Shown: positions 62,501 to 64,000 of the stretch, piece after piece | Layout of the letters: each line of letters starts with the position of its first letter | Numbering within the stretch: position 1 is the stretch's first letter | NCBI GenBank assembly: GCA_964247055.1 | Contig: OZ176050.1 | Span: forward strand, 2,108,001-2,172,000 | DNA: 64,000 bases | Source of the DNA: Paragordius varius | Lineage: Eukaryota > Animalia > Nematomorpha | Direction: 5' to 3' | Made by a program: the position numbers and the translations under genes | The notes under the pieces: model-generated | Database searches by the model: none | The model's input: the letters and a program-made list of their open reading frames with translations, nothing else | Told to the model about the DNA's origin: nothing

Positions 62501-63652
62501 AAAGATTTGAAAGGTTATGAATGCAATGATGAAACAGTTAAATCGACAATCGTTCGATGTTACATGGAAAATAATTTTATTTTATGTCCTCACACTGCCA
62601 TAGGGGTAGCCTATTTTTATGAATGCCGAGATGGGTAAACAAAATGTTTCTTATATTTTTTTTTAACCAATTAAGCCTCTTAACATTGAAATTGATAAAT
62701 TTTGATACTTTATTCTTACCAAATATATAATAATGTTAAAGCCGCATTTTGAAAATTAATTAAGAACTGAATTTCGGATTTCCATATTCAACACTGGCCT
62801 CAAATAATACAACTAAAACATAAATTATTTAAATTCTTAATTTTGGGTAACATTCAAAAAAATCCGGAAAAAATAAAATTTATGCGGATAAACTTTTTAA
62901 TATTATATATTCTAATATAATGATAATATACTTTTCATCCTTACCAAGGTTTGAAACCAAAATCGATTTTAATTTTGTTTTCAAATATTCCTAAATAACG
63001 GTTTTGGACTAAATGCTTTTGATTCCATAGAATTTTATGCAAAAAATTTTGGTTTCAGTAACATTTTTGATTTCGGTTCCATTTTTAGCTTATAGTTAGC
63101 TTTTAATTATTTTAACATAATGTGTATGAATAACCAAATATAAACATATAAACACCACTTGTTCAACTTTATAATGTTTTTATAAATAAAAAAGGGATAC
63201 CGTTTTAATAAGTTCCAGTTTCTCATAACCGTTTTAACTAGTTAAAAATTATGGTTACACTGTATGTGCATAGGAAATCATTGAAATATCCTATGGTTTG
63301 TGAAGCCACCGCATCTTATAACAAATTCCCTTCCTCAACTGACACCATAAAACAATATTTAAAGGATGAATTTGCTGAAAAGAATGTAGTCCAATCCGAT
63401 ACTCCGCCAGAAAAGGGTCCACCCAAAAATTTTGTACTAAGTGAAGAAAAAAAGATTGCTTTCAAACAAAAAATGGATGAACGGATGTATGAAATTGAAT
63501 TGAAACCGTTGCGAATTCAAAAGCTATTAGATACGTCTCTTTCTGGACAAGGGGAAGGCCGTCAAAATCTCCATAAAATGCTTCGAAGCAATCAGCCCGA
63601 TTGGTGTCAACAATTAAAACTACTTATACTTGACATTGCAGAAAAATTCTAA
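59582..63652 (+). CDS. THNSL2: Threonine synthase-like 2 (PLP-dependent), about 591 aa. Exons 59582-59698, 59724-59835, 59860-60054, 60905-61057, 61134-61321, 61457-61570, 61663-61765, 62071-62219, 62291-62416, 62495-62634, 63274-63652
   Basis: MRFLSTR..GYAPDGGLFMPE, LELYHGPTMAFKDL (PLP lysine), GTSGDTG, EGNSDELD, PSGAGGN, PYNMER and CPHTA; 1776 nt in phase. Confidence 0.93.
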
Positions 63653-64000
63653 TTTTTTTCATATATTTATTTATTTATTTATTAAAATTATAATCAACAA
63701 TATATATTTTATATGAATCATGGAGTTATTTATGTGGAAGATTAATTGACTAGAAAATTAATTAATAATAATAAATGCGTTTGCATACAATCAAAAATCA
63801 ATATGAAAAAAACATTATAAAATTGAATATTATTGAATATTTATTAACGTAATATTTACATAACTTGTATTTGTATTCATTACACTCGTCTGTCTACCAT
63901 TTTTCATGAGATTTATGAGGGGAGCCTTTTTTATTTCTTTTGTATTAGTTTCAATCAATTTAGATTTTGGCGTTAATGTAGTTGATGTGGTATTTTGTAG

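Overview
Strongly AT-rich eukaryotic (animal-like) nuclear DNA. Six spliced protein-coding genes can be reconstructed by hand: SMIM14 (+, 3837-4871), PDXDC1 (-, 5804-21071), a small ankyrin-repeat protein ending in a CaaX box (+, 25253-28165), HIPK (-, 31332 to about 43.3-44.8 kb), CNK/CNKSR (-, 49829-59497) and THNSL2/threonine-synthase-like (+, 59582-63652). Introns and spacers carry decayed RTE-type LINE fragments, several MITE families, a ~2.5 kb foldback palindrome and a ~2.6 kb satellite-like array. The main unexpected signal is a separate class of ultra-short GT-AG introns (22-27 nt, one of 35 nt). They occur only as the first one or two introns of each gene, while every other intron I could place is at least 62 nt. 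CNK and THNSL2 are head-to-head with only 84 bp between their ATGs. All gene models are manual, based on splice phase and on family sequences as I remember them; no searches or alignments were run and the organism cannot be named from this window.
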